Of a stretch of DNA of 38,224 nucleotides, positions 8,864-18,032 are shown piece by piece. The notes under the pieces were generated by a model. It worked only from the letters and a program-made list of their open reading frames with translations. It was not told where the DNA came from and searched no databases. Numbering within the stretch: the first letter of the stretch is position 1; the number at the start of each line of letters is the position of its first letter. This stretch comes from Deltaproteobacteria bacterium (GTDB lineage Bacteria > Desulfobacterota > UBA8473). A program made the position numbers and the translations under genes. The DNA is taken from the NCBI GenBank assembly GCA_030643245.1, contig DAOWME010000003.1:1-38224 (forward strand). The letters run 5' to 3'.

Positions 8864-9430
8864 ATGAAGTTGGAAGATTTGCTGGCACAAAAGATGACCG
8901 CCATCACGAAGGCGTGGTTTCAACTGGTCATGGAGACATATCCTCCCGATGGTTCACGGTTTCTGAAACAAGAAGAGAACCGCTTTGCTAATCCGGTTGG
9001 ATCTACGATCTCTCAGGAGTTAGGGAATATTTTCGAGGAGCTTCTTAATGGCGTGGATTCCGAGAGCATCTCTCCTTTTCTGGACAGAATCATCAGGATC
9101 AGGGCTGTTCAGGATTTTTCTCCCTCCCGGGCCCTTTCGTTTATCTTTGATCTAAAGAAGATTATAAAAAAGGAATTGGGAAGTAAAATCAGGGATAGAG
9201 AGGACTATGATGAGTTGTTGAAGTTTGATTCCAGGATAGACCTACTTGCCATGCTCGCGTTCGACATATATATGAAATGCAGAGAGGAGATCTATAAAAT
9301 CAGGGTGAATGAGGTTAAGAACAGGGCACACCGCCTACTTGAAAGGGCAAAGCTGATATGTGACCTTTCTGATGAGGAACCTGATTTCAAAGACGATAAG
9401 TTAGATGGCAAGGATATGGAATTCGTTTAA
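8864..9430 (+). CDS. dsrT: DsrT (RsbRD N-terminal domain)
   Basis: FANPVG, IRIRAVQDFSPS, AFDIYMKCRE; directly upstream of dsrM. Confidence 0.92.
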   Translation: MKLEDLLAQKMTAITKAWFQLVMETYPPDGSRFLKQEENRFANPVGSTISQELGNIFEELLNGVDSESISPFLDRIIRIRAVQDFSPSRALSFIFDLKKIIKKELGSKIRDREDYDELLKFDSRIDLLAMLAFDIYMKCREEIYKIRVNEVKNRAHRLLERAKLICDLSDEEPDFKDDKLDGKDMEFV

Positions 9431-9528
9431 ATGGTTTAAATGATTAACCTTCTGTGGGAAATCTTAATTAATCTAGCCTTTGGTATGTGAAAATTAACTA
9501 TGTAAATTTATATATGAGGTGGTAAGAA

Positions 9529-10527
9529 ATGGGTGCGTCGTTTTCTCTACTCACAGTTTTAGTATTGGTTTTGCTTGCCTTCATGGGAGTGAGGGTGGCC
9601 GGGTGGGATCCCCTCTTTGGAGTGGTAATCCCGTATACTGCCCTCTTTGTCTTCCTCGTGGGCGTTGTGTATCGTATATGGGATTGGGCAAAGTCACCCG
9701 TGCCTTTCCGCATACCGACCACATGTGGTCAGCACAAGTCTCACCCGTGGATTAAAGGAAATAATATCGAGAATCCGTCCAATATCTTTGGCGTTGTAAT
9801 AAGGATGGCGCTCGAAATTCTTTTTTTCCGTTCCCTATTCCGGAACACCAAAACTGAGTTGAGAGCTGACCCGAGCCCGCGGCTCATCTTCGGAGAAAAC
9901 AAGTGGCTGTGGGCCGCAGGGCTCGCCTTTCACTGGTCCTTTCTCTTTATTGTTGTGAGGCACCTCAGGTTCTTCACTGAACCTATACCGTTCTTTGTGG
10001 GTCTTATTGAGTATATGGATGGGTTGTTCGAGATCGGTGTTCCCACGCTTTACATGACCGACGTGGTTATCCTGGCGGCAGTCACATACCTGTTTTTGAG
10101 AAGGGTTGTGATCCCCCAGGTGCGATACATCTCCATTGCAGCAGACTATTTCCCACTCTTTCTCATCCTGGGGGTGGCCATTTCCGGTGTTCTCATGCGG
10201 CATTTTTATAAGGTGGACATGCTAAGGGTAAAGGAACTGGCCACGGGGTTGTTCAGTTTTCATCCGGTAACTCCGGAGGGTATCGGGGTGTCTTTTTATA
10301 TTCACCTCTTTCTCGTGAGCATCCTGCTGATTTACTTTCCCTTCAGCAAATTGATGCACATGGCCGGAGTCTTCCTCAGCCCCACAAGAAATATGCCGAA
10401 TGATAACCGCAAGCGAAGACACATCAATCCGTGGGATTATCCCGTCAAGGTCCATACGTACGAGGAGTATGAAGACGAATTTAGAGAAAAGATGAAAAAA
10501 TACGGAATTCCCGTGGAAAAGGAGTGA
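9529..10527 (+). CDS. dsrM: DsrM membrane cytochrome b
   Basis: PFRIPTTCGQ, FHWSF..RHLR, YFPFSKLMH, SPTRN. Confidence 0.97.
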   Translation: MGASFSLLTVLVLVLLAFMGVRVAGWDPLFGVVIPYTALFVFLVGVVYRIWDWAKSPVPFRIPTTCGQHKSHPWIKGNNIENPSNIFGVVIRMALEILFFRSLFRNTKTELRADPSPRLIFGENKWLWAAGLAFHWSFLFIVVRHLRFFTEPIPFFVGLIEYMDGLFEIGVPTLYMTDVVILAAVTYLFLRRVVIPQVRYISIAADYFPLFLILGVAISGVLMRHFYKVDMLRVKELATGLFSFHPVTPEGIGVSFYIHLFLVSILLIYFPFSKLMHMAGVFLSPTRNMPNDNRKRRHINPWDYPVKVHTYEEYEDEFREKMKKYGIPVEKE

Positions 10528-10530
10528 TAT

Positions 10531-12171
10531 ATGTCATCAGAGCTACCACCAGAACTAGCTGATTCCCCAAAACCGAAAGAACTAATGGCCATAGACTACA
10601 GGCCTCCTCAACAGCCCTGGATGGAGACACCCGTTAACTTCAAACCGGGCAACTATTGCTTCCCTACCAAGGCCAAAAACCTTCGTGTCCTTGATATGCC
10701 GAATCCGAGGGAATGGGCGCCGGAAGAAGAAGACTGGAAGCTGCCCGAAAACTGGATGGAGATAATCCGTGAGGGGATGAAGGATCGACTTGACAAATAC
10801 CGTTCCTTCAAGCTATTCATGGATATCTGTGTGAGATGCGGCGCATGCGCGGACAAGTGCCATTTTTTTCTAGGATCTGGGGACCCAAAAAATATGCCCG
10901 TTCTCAGGGCAGAGCTCCTTAGATCGGTGTATCGTGGGGAGTTCACAAAGGCAGGGAAGATCCTGGGAAAGCTTGCCGGGGCCAGGAAACTCACAATAGA
11001 CGTGATCAAGGAGTGGTTCTACTATTTCTACCAGTGTACGGAGTGTCGTCGATGTTCTGTTTTTTGCCCTTACGGCATTGATACGGCTGAAATCACTATG
11101 ATGGGAAGGGAGTTGCTCCATTTACTCGGGTTAGGTATCAACTGGGCCATGGAGCCTGTGGCGAATTGTTTCCGAACAGGGAATCACCTCGGGATTTTGC
11201 CCAATGGATTCAAGGATGCCCTTGATTTCTTCGCAGAAGATGCTGAAGAGATTACGGGTGTCAAGATAGACGTTCCCATAAATAAGAAGGGGGCGGAGAT
11301 ACTCTTTGTGGTGCCGTCCGGTGATTATTTTGGGGATCCCGGCACTTACACCTGCACCGGCTACATAATGCTCTTCCACGAGCTGGGACTCGACTATACA
11401 TGGAGCACATATGCTTCCGAAGGGGGAAATTTTGGTCTCTTTACTTCCCACGAGATGATTAAACGCCTGAATGCCAAGATATACGCGGAGGCCAAAAGAC
11501 TGGGGGTGAAGTGGATCCTCGGAGGAGAGTGCGGTCATATGTGGCGGGTTGTCAACCAGTATATGGATACGATGAACGGACCGGCGGATTTTCTCGAAGA
11601 GCCCGTCTCCCCCATCACGGGAACGAAGTTTGAGAACGCCAACTCCACGAAGATGGTCCATATCATGGAGTTTACCGCTGATCTAATCAGGCACAATAAA
11701 TTAAGGCTTGACCCGAGTAGAAATGACAACCGCATCGTAACATTCCACGACTCATGCAACCCGGCAAGGGCCATGGGAATTCTCGAAGAGCCTCGGTATG
11801 TGATAAAAAATGTCTGTAATAACTTCTACGAGATGCCGGAGAATACGATCAGGGAGCAAACGTTCTGCTGCGGAGGCGGCGCCGGGCTGGGCACGGATGA
11901 AAATATGGATACTAGGTTGAGAGGCGGGCTTCCAAGAGGGAACGCCGTGAGGTATGTACAGGAGAAACATGGTGTGAACAGCCTTGCCTGTATGTGCGCC
12001 ATTGACAGGGCTACCCTCATAACCGTGTGTGACTACTGGGCTCGGGGAGTGGAGGTTACGGGTATTCATGAGATGGTGGCAAACGCGCTGATCATGAGAG
12101 GTGAGAAGGACAGGCAGACCGATCTCCGTGGTGAACCTCTGCCCGGAAAGGAGGATGAAGAGGATGTATAA
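10531..12171 (+). CDS. dsrK: DsrK Fe-S/CCG protein
   Basis: CVRCGACADKC, CTECRRCSVFCP, GECGH, HDSC, CCGGG. Confidence 0.97.
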   Translation: MSSELPPELADSPKPKELMAIDYRPPQQPWMETPVNFKPGNYCFPTKAKNLRVLDMPNPREWAPEEEDWKLPENWMEIIREGMKDRLDKYRSFKLFMDICVRCGACADKCHFFLGSGDPKNMPVLRAELLRSVYRGEFTKAGKILGKLAGARKLTIDVIKEWFYYFYQCTECRRCSVFCPYGIDTAEITMMGRELLHLLGLGINWAMEPVANCFRTGNHLGILPNGFKDALDFFAEDAEEITGVKIDVPINKKGAEILFVVPSGDYFGDPGTYTCTGYIMLFHELGLDYTWSTYASEGGNFGLFTSHEMIKRLNAKIYAEAKRLGVKWILGGECGHMWRVVNQYMDTMNGPADFLEEPVSPITGTKFENANSTKMVHIMEFTADLIRHNKLRLDPSRNDNRIVTFHDSCNPARAMGILEEPRYVIKNVCNNFYEMPENTIREQTFCCGGGAGLGTDENMDTRLRGGLPRGNAVRYVQEKHGVNSLACMCAIDRATLITVCDYWARGVEVTGIHEMVANALIMRGEKDRQTDLRGEPLPGKEDEEDV

Positions 12172-12550
12172 TGGAGGTAAGATATTTGCAGGGCTTATTG
12201 TCTTCATCTGTCTGATAACCTTTCCTGTCTGGTATAATGTGGTTCGCGGGAAAGCAGCGTACAGACCGGAACTGAAAATAGTAACAGAGGAAAAAGAGTG
12301 TGTGGAGTCCTCGGAATACATGAGAAACGAGCATATGCATTTGCTCGATGACTGGCGAAATTCGGTTGTGCGGGAAAACAAGAGAACTTACACGGCATAT
12401 GACGGAAAGGAGCATGAGATGAGTCTTTCCAATACATGCTTGAAATGTCATTCCAATAAGGCTGACTTTTGCGACCAGTGTCACAATTATCTTGAGGTAA
12501 CGCCAACCTGCTGGGATTGCCATGTTATTCCCGAGGAGAAGAAGTTATGA
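12164..12550 (+). CDS. dsrJ: DsrJ triheme cytochrome c
   Basis: Three CxxCH motifs (CLKCH, CDQCH, CWDCH), MRNEHM, N-terminal TM segment. Start ATG 12164 overlaps the dsrK end. Confidence 0.96.
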   Translation: MYNGGKIFAGLIVFICLITFPVWYNVVRGKAAYRPELKIVTEEKECVESSEYMRNEHMHLLDDWRNSVVRENKRTYTAYDGKEHEMSLSNTCLKCHSNKADFCDQCHNYLEVTPTCWDCHVIPEEKKL

Positions 12551-13335
12551 AGATCGATAGAAGAGATTTTTTGAAGATCGGCGGACTCGGCGCACTTGGT
12601 ATTGCAGCCAAGCCGGTCATTAATGTGCTTTCAAAAGGCGAGTCGGCGGAGGCCTCGCACGGAGGGGGGGCCGTAGGAGGCAAAAGACTGGCCATGGTTG
12701 TAGACCTTAAGAAGTGCAAGGAAGGATGCACGGATTGCATTGATGCTTGTCATAAGGCCCATAACGTGCCGGATTTTCACAACCCGAAGGATGAGGTCAA
12801 GTGGCTCTGGAACGAGCCATATGAAAAGGCATTTCCGGAACAAGAACACGAATGGGTCGGGGGGGGGATGAAAGGCGGTCCCGTCATGGTCCTCTGCAAT
12901 CACTGCGATAACCCGCCCTGTGTGCGGGTCTGTCCTACAAAGGCTACATTCAGGAGAGAAGACGGGATCGTTATGATGGACTATCATCGTTGCATTGGGT
13001 GCAGATTTTGCATGGCAGCCTGTCCGTATGGATCGAGGAGCTTCAACTGGCGTAACCCCAGGGGATGTGACGCATCGGGCAATACCTTCATCGAAAAGCA
13101 GAATCCAGGCTTTCCCACCAGGACCACAGGGGTCGTAGAAAAATGCAATTTTTGCGCAGAGAGGCTCGCAAAGGGCCTGATCCCTGCCTGTGCCGAGGCC
13201 TGCAAGGAAAATGCGATTGTTTTCGGAGACCTGGAAGAAGCGGACTCAGAGGTGAGAGAAGTCCTTCATTCAAATTACACCATTCGACGTAAACCCGGCC
13301 TTGGAACAAGGCCTCAAATCTATTACATAGTGTGA
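12547..13335 (+). CDS. dsrO: DsrO Fe-S protein
   Basis: Tat motif DRRDFLK; CNHCDNPPCVRVCP, CIGCRFCMAACP, KCNFC. Confidence 0.96.
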   Translation: MKIDRRDFLKIGGLGALGIAAKPVINVLSKGESAEASHGGGAVGGKRLAMVVDLKKCKEGCTDCIDACHKAHNVPDFHNPKDEVKWLWNEPYEKAFPEQEHEWVGGGMKGGPVMVLCNHCDNPPCVRVCPTKATFRREDGIVMMDYHRCIGCRFCMAACPYGSRSFNWRNPRGCDASGNTFIEKQNPGFPTRTTGVVEKCNFCAERLAKGLIPACAEACKENAIVFGDLEEADSEVREVLHSNYTIRRKPGLGTRPQIYYIV

Positions 13336-13341
13336 GGAGTT

Positions 13342-14499
13342 ATGATTGAAAAGGCTTTGGTCGGTAGTAAGAAATACTGGGGACTGTTGATTGTTCTGCT
13401 CGCTATTATGGGAGTGGGCGGGATTTGTTATCTCTTTCAGTGGAATTACGGCTTGGGTATAACAGGGATGAGCAGGGACGTTTCATGGGGTCTATATATC
13501 GCCCAATTCACTTTCCTTGTAGGTGTCGCAGCTTCGGCGGTTATGGTTGTCCTGCCCTACTATTTGCATAATTATAAAGCATTCGGGAGGATTACAATCC
13601 TGGGAGAATTTGTGGCCGTGCCCTCGGTTATCATGTGTCTTGCGTTCATTATTGCAGACCTCGGTCAACCGACAAGGGCGCTCAATATAGTATTCCACCC
13701 GACTCTAAATTCTATACTCTTCTGGGATATGATAGTCCTAAACGGCTACCTTCTCCTCAATATCCTCATCGGGTGGAATGTGTTGGCTTCCGAGAGGAAG
13801 TCCGTGCCGCCGCCGCGTTGGTTAAAGCCTTTGATCTATCTATCTATCCCCTGGGCTGTCAGCATTCACACGGTTACTGCTTTCATTTACGCAGGCCTGC
13901 CGGGAAGGGGCTTTTGGCTTACGGCCATTATGGCCCCCCGTTTTTTGGCGTCGGCTTTCGCGGCAGGACCAGCCCTTCTCATTTTGCTCGCTCTTGTTGT
14001 TAGAAAATTCACAAAGTTTGATCCGGGAAAGGACGCGATACAGACATTAGGAAAAATTGTTACATATGCGATGTCAGTGAGTGTCTTTTTCGTCCTCCTT
14101 GAACTCTTTACTGTCTTCTACAGTCAGATACCCGAGCACATGCATCACTTCGACTATATTTTTGCGGGACTCGAAGGGCATGGAAAGCTTGTGCCGTGGA
14201 TGTGGAGTTCCGTTGTGCTTGCCGTCTTGGCGCTTATCCTTCTTTTAAACCCCGCTACCCGAAAAAATGAAAACATTTTGGCCATCGCTTGCGTTATCGT
14301 CTTCTTTTCCCTTTGGATAGAGAAGGGGTTCGTTTTAGTTGTAGCGGGTTTTATCCCCTCATCTCTTGGCAAGGTGTTTGAGTATTCGCCCACGGTACCT
14401 GAAATTTTAATCACCCTTGGGATCTGGGCGATGGGATTTTTCATACTCACCATCCTTTACAAAATGGCCATCATGGTTAAGGAAGAGATAGCAAGTTGA
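13342..14499 (+). CDS. dsrP: DsrP (NrfD family membrane protein)
   Basis: GMSRDVSWGLYI, AVSIHTVTAF; polytopic membrane protein. Confidence 0.96.
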   Translation: MIEKALVGSKKYWGLLIVLLAIMGVGGICYLFQWNYGLGITGMSRDVSWGLYIAQFTFLVGVAASAVMVVLPYYLHNYKAFGRITILGEFVAVPSVIMCLAFIIADLGQPTRALNIVFHPTLNSILFWDMIVLNGYLLLNILIGWNVLASERKSVPPPRWLKPLIYLSIPWAVSIHTVTAFIYAGLPGRGFWLTAIMAPRFLASAFAAGPALLILLALVVRKFTKFDPGKDAIQTLGKIVTYAMSVSVFFVLLELFTVFYSQIPEHMHHFDYIFAGLEGHGKLVPWMWSSVVLAVLALILLLNPATRKNENILAIACVIVFFSLWIEKGFVLVVAGFIPSSLGKVFEYSPTVPEILITLGIWAMGFFILTILYKMAIMVKEEIAS

Positions 14500-14592
14500 G
14501 ACCCGCGTGCGCGCGGTAAAGTACAGGCCAGATCATTGGGATAGGTTTATCGATAAACAGTTAGGAAAATTATACAAGGAGGTGATTAAGAA

Positions 14593-14784
14593 ATGTCTTG
14601 GATTGTAACGGTGGATAAAGATAAGTGTGACGGGGACGGAGCATGTGTGGAGAACTGCCCCGTTGAAGTTCTTGAGTTGGATGCCGATGGAAAGGCGGAC
14701 CCGGTTAATATGGAGGAATGCCTTGGCTGTGAAACCTGCATGGAAGTGTGTGAAACCGGAGCCATAAACGTAGAGGAGGAGTAA
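14593..14784 (+). CDS. Ferredoxin (CxxDxxC plus CxxCxxC)
   Basis: CDGDGACVENCP and CLGCETCMEVCE; strong RBS AGGAGGT. Confidence 0.93.
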   Translation: MSWIVTVDKDKCDGDGACVENCPVEVLELDADGKADPVNMEECLGCETCMEVCETGAINVEEE

Positions 14785-15245
14785 GAAGCTCTTCATCCTC
14801 TGCCGGTATTTGATGAGAACATGGAAACAGGGGAGCGAGTTAAATAATTTCAAAAACATCGATAATGGTTTTTTCCTCCCAAAGCACGATTTAATTTAAT
14901 CAGAACCGGATGTTTAAAGCTGCTTCTAAAGGATAAGAAACACAGGAGACCCCACTTGATGCCTTGAAAAAAAGAACGGATGTTACTGAAGACTTCTTGA
15001 AACAACAGGTGTGAAAGGGCGAGGACCTGAACAAAAATATGTTTCTGACAAAGATCATGACCAAAAAAATCAAGATGTTAAGGGAGATCTAATCTTCAAG
15101 TCTAAGGTCGGATAAAAGGTGGGGAAGTTTGGCACGGTACATTGAGAGGAGGTGATGGAGCGGGAACGAGCTAAAGAGATGTATATGTGTATATCTTAAA
15201 ACACGTTTTAGTAGGTAGTAAAATTTATTGAAGGAGGTAAGACAT

Positions 15246-15689
15246 ATGCCAAGTTATGTCATTATGGAGAAATGTGACGGCTGTAAAGGTCAGGACAAGA
15301 CCGCTTGCATGCATATATGCCCGAACGATCTCATGGTGTTGAACAAAGAGACGATGAAGGCTTACAACAGGGCACCTGAGATGTGTTGGGAATGCTACAA
15401 CTGCGTTAAGATCTGTGCGCAGGATGCCATGGACGTGAGGGGTTACGCTGATTTTGTACCTATGGGCGCATCCTGTGTGCCGATGAGGGGTTCAGAGGAT
15501 ATTATGTGGACGGTCAAATTCAGGGATGGGAGCCTCAAACGGTTCAAGTTCCCCATCAGGACAACACCCGAAGGTTCGGCTGTGCCCGATGGCGGATGGG
15601 AGACCGGAACGGATGACCTCAAGAGTCCGTTACTATTCACAGAGCCCGGATCACTGGGACTTCCTGAATTAACCACACTAAAAAAATAG
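15246..15689 (+). CDS. aprB: APS reductase beta subunit
   Basis: MPSYV..CDGCKG, CWECYNCVKIC, FKFPIRTTPEG. RBS AGGAGG precedes ATG 15246. Confidence 0.98.
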   Translation: MPSYVIMEKCDGCKGQDKTACMHICPNDLMVLNKETMKAYNRAPEMCWECYNCVKICAQDAMDVRGYADFVPMGASCVPMRGSEDIMWTVKFRDGSLKRFKFPIRTTPEGSAVPDGGWETGTDDLKSPLLFTEPGSLGLPELTTLKK

Positions 15690-15708
15690 TACAGGAGGTA
15701 AATTAGAT

Positions 15709-17592
15709 ATGGCACAGTATGAAACTGTCGAGGTAACGACCGATCTCCTTATACTCGGTGGCGGGATGGCTGCTTGCGGAGCAGCGGTGGAGGCGGCGTA
15801 TTGGGCGAAGAAGAACGGTCTGAAGGTAACTATTGTGGATAAGGCCGCGATGGACAGAAGCGGAGCAGTTGCCATGGGTCTTTCAGCCCTCAATATGTAC
15901 GTTGGTATCAAAGACGGAGAGAATACCCCTGAGGATTATGTCCACTATGTGAGACAGGACCTTATGGGCATATCAAGGGAAGATCTGGTCTATGATATTG
16001 CAAGACATATAGACAGTACAGTCCATCTCCTTGAGAAATGGGGACTCCCCATCTGGAAGGATGAGAATGGAGCCTATGTTCATGAAGGTAGATGGCAGCT
16101 CATGATCAACGGCGAATCCTACAAGGTGATCGTTGCAGAGGCTGCAAAGAATGCTTTGACAACCATGGGCGATGATGCTGAGATCTATGAGAGGGTCTTC
16201 ATAGTTGACCCCCTGATGGATGGCGACAGGGTTGCAGGTGCGGTCGGATTTAGTATTAGGGATGAGAAGTTTTACGTGTTCAAGGCAAAGGCGGTTATGG
16301 CCGCCATGGGCGGCGCCGTACACGTCTTCAAGCCAAGGTCAACCGGTGAGGGACTGGGAAGGTCATGGTATCCTCCGTTTAACTCAGGTTCAAGCGCATA
16401 CTTTACATTGAAGGCCGGCGCTGAGATGACCTGTCAGGAAGTACGGTTTATCCCGGTCAGGTTCAAGGATGCTTACGGACCGGTGGGAGCATGGTTCCTA
16501 CTCTTCAAATCGAGGGCAACAAACGCCCTTGGTGGGGAGTACATGGTCGAGAGGAAAGAGGAGCTCAATAACTGGAAACCTTATGGTCTGGCAAAACCGA
16601 TTCCTGCTAACCTTCGAAACTACTTGGGAATGCTCGATCTCAATGAAGGCAAAGGCCCATTGTACATGAGAACCGACGAGGCCATGAAGGCTATCATCGA
16701 GTCGGTTCCTGAGGGAAAAGAAAGGAAGAAAAAGATAAAAGAGGTTGAGGCCGAGGCATGGGAAGACTTCCTCGACATGACCATCTCCCAGGCCATTCTG
16801 TGGGCCGGCAGCAACATCTATCCGGAGAAAAAAGCTTCGGAAATCGCTCCATGTGAGCCTTATTTCATAGGGTCCCATTCGGGCGCGTCAGGCGCATGGG
16901 TCAGTGGTCCTGAGGATCTTTCTCCGAAAGAGTACTTCTGGGGTTATAATAGGATGGCTACGGTCAAGGGTCTGTTCTGCGCAGGGGATGCCTCCGGGGC
17001 ATCGTCTCATAAGTTCTCCGATGGTTCTCACGTGGAAGGAAGGATGGCTGCCAAAGGCGCATTGGCCTTCATCATAGACAACAACACACAGCCCAATGTG
17101 GATATGGCACAGGTGGAAGAGATGAAGAAGACTATCCTGAAACCATTGGATATCTATGAAGAGCATAAGGCGTTCGCTGACGGAGAAGTAAACCCCAACT
17201 TCATCAAGCCTATGCAGTTCATGTTCAGGATGCAGAAGATCATGGACGAGTATGTGGGCGGTGTATCGAGCGCGTTCACGACCAATACGCCTTCTCTGGA
17301 GAGGGCTCTGGAATTACTGGAATTCCTGAAAGAGGATTCAGAGAAACTCGCAGCTGAGGACGTACACGAACTCATGAGATGCTGGGAGAACGTACAGAGA
17401 ATGTGGCAGGCTGAGGCACATACGAGAACGGTCCTCTTCCGCGAGGAGACAAGATGGCCCGGTTATTACTTCAGGGCGGATATGCCGAAGATGGATGAGG
17501 ACAACTGGAAGTGCTTCGTCAACTGCAAGGTTGATCCGAGTACGGGTGAATGGGAGATGACCAAGAAGGATGTAATTCCTTTGATTGATTGA
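15709..17592 (+). CDS. aprA: APS reductase alpha subunit
   Basis: GGGMAACG, RSGAVAMGLSA, WQLMINGESYK, RFKDAYGPVGAWFL, REETRWPGYY. Confidence 0.99.
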   Translation: MAQYETVEVTTDLLILGGGMAACGAAVEAAYWAKKNGLKVTIVDKAAMDRSGAVAMGLSALNMYVGIKDGENTPEDYVHYVRQDLMGISREDLVYDIARHIDSTVHLLEKWGLPIWKDENGAYVHEGRWQLMINGESYKVIVAEAAKNALTTMGDDAEIYERVFIVDPLMDGDRVAGAVGFSIRDEKFYVFKAKAVMAAMGGAVHVFKPRSTGEGLGRSWYPPFNSGSSAYFTLKAGAEMTCQEVRFIPVRFKDAYGPVGAWFLLFKSRATNALGGEYMVERKEELNNWKPYGLAKPIPANLRNYLGMLDLNEGKGPLYMRTDEAMKAIIESVPEGKERKKKIKEVEAEAWEDFLDMTISQAILWAGSNIYPEKKASEIAPCEPYFIGSHSGASGAWVSGPEDLSPKEYFWGYNRMATVKGLFCAGDASGASSHKFSDGSHVEGRMAAKGALAFIIDNNTQPNVDMAQVEEMKKTILKPLDIYEEHKAFADGEVNPNFIKPMQFMFRMQKIMDEYVGGVSSAFTTNTPSLERALELLEFLKEDSEKLAAEDVHELMRCWENVQRMWQAEAHTRTVLFREETRWPGYYFRADMPKMDEDNWKCFVNCKVDPSTGEWEMTKKDVIPLID

Positions 17593-17599
17593 TGATCTC

Positions 17600-17655
17600 G
17601 GGGCGGGTTTCAAATCCGCCATACGAGTGTGGGGTGGGCTTCAAGCCCACCCCAC
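17600..17655 (+). terminator. Two REP-like hairpins after aprA (probable terminator or mRNA stabiliser)
   Basis: ggcgggtttcaaatccgcc and the perfect gtggggtgggctt-c-aagcccaccccac (17629-17655). Confidence 0.6.
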
Positions 17656-17777
17656 TTATATAGCTCTTATATAGGTTTTGAGATATTAAATTTCAAAAGA
17701 CCTGAGAGACGAACCCGAATAAGTGGTACATTTTGAGTGATACGTCGTGGGTTATGACCGGTAACGGAGTGAAGTTT

Positions 17778-17910
17778 GATGGTCTCGTAAAAAGTCAAAA
17801 AATACTATTTCCCGTCATTCCGGCGAAAGCCGGAATCCTGTGTTTTCAGGCAGTTGCGGATCATCTGGACTCCGGTTTTCACCGGAGTGACGACTTTTTA
17901 CGAATTCATC
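17778..17910. mobile_element. MITE family B (133 bp) carrying an inverted REP pair
   Basis: TIRs gatggtctcgtaaaaagtc / gactttttacgaattcatc (3 mismatches); flanking direct repeat aagttt. Internal gtcattccggcgaaagccggaatcc (17814-17838) and an inverted counterpart (17867-17891). Confidence 0.8.
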
Positions 17911-17917
17911 AAGTTTG

Positions 17918-18002
17918 ATATATCATAAATTTTGAAACTCATTTGAATTATGCATTTCAGCCATTTATAGCTCATAATTGAGTTTCAAAATTTCTGATAT
18001 AT
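17918..18002. repeat. 85-bp AT-rich inverted-repeat element
   Basis: 24-bp arms at 17918-17941 and 17979-18002 with one mismatch. Confidence 0.75.
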
Positions 18003-18032
18003 TGAAATCTAGAAGAAAAGGCGGCTTTTGTA

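Noticed and set aside
9484-9502. Rex operator upstream of dsrM (atgtgaaaattaactatg); also cttgtataaaacaag upstream of sat
   Set aside because: Only a half-site or the wrong spacing relative to TTGTGAAnnnnTTCACAA.
2915-14499. Oxidative (reverse) Dsr pathway
   Set aside because: dsrD and dsrT are present, dsrEFH and dsrL are absent from the window, and DsrAB look reductive-type. Only Sat looks oxidiser-like.
14545-14558. Perfect 14-bp palindrome gtttatcgataaac before the second ferredoxin
   Set aside because: Single occurrence with no clear associated promoter; it cannot be distinguished from chance.
15130-15145. Sigma54 promoter TGGCACG upstream of aprB
   Set aside because: There is no GC at the required GG-N10-GC spacing; the sequence reads TG there.
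17733-17918. 61-aa ORF
   Set aside because: It is a translation of the MITE B/REP sequence.
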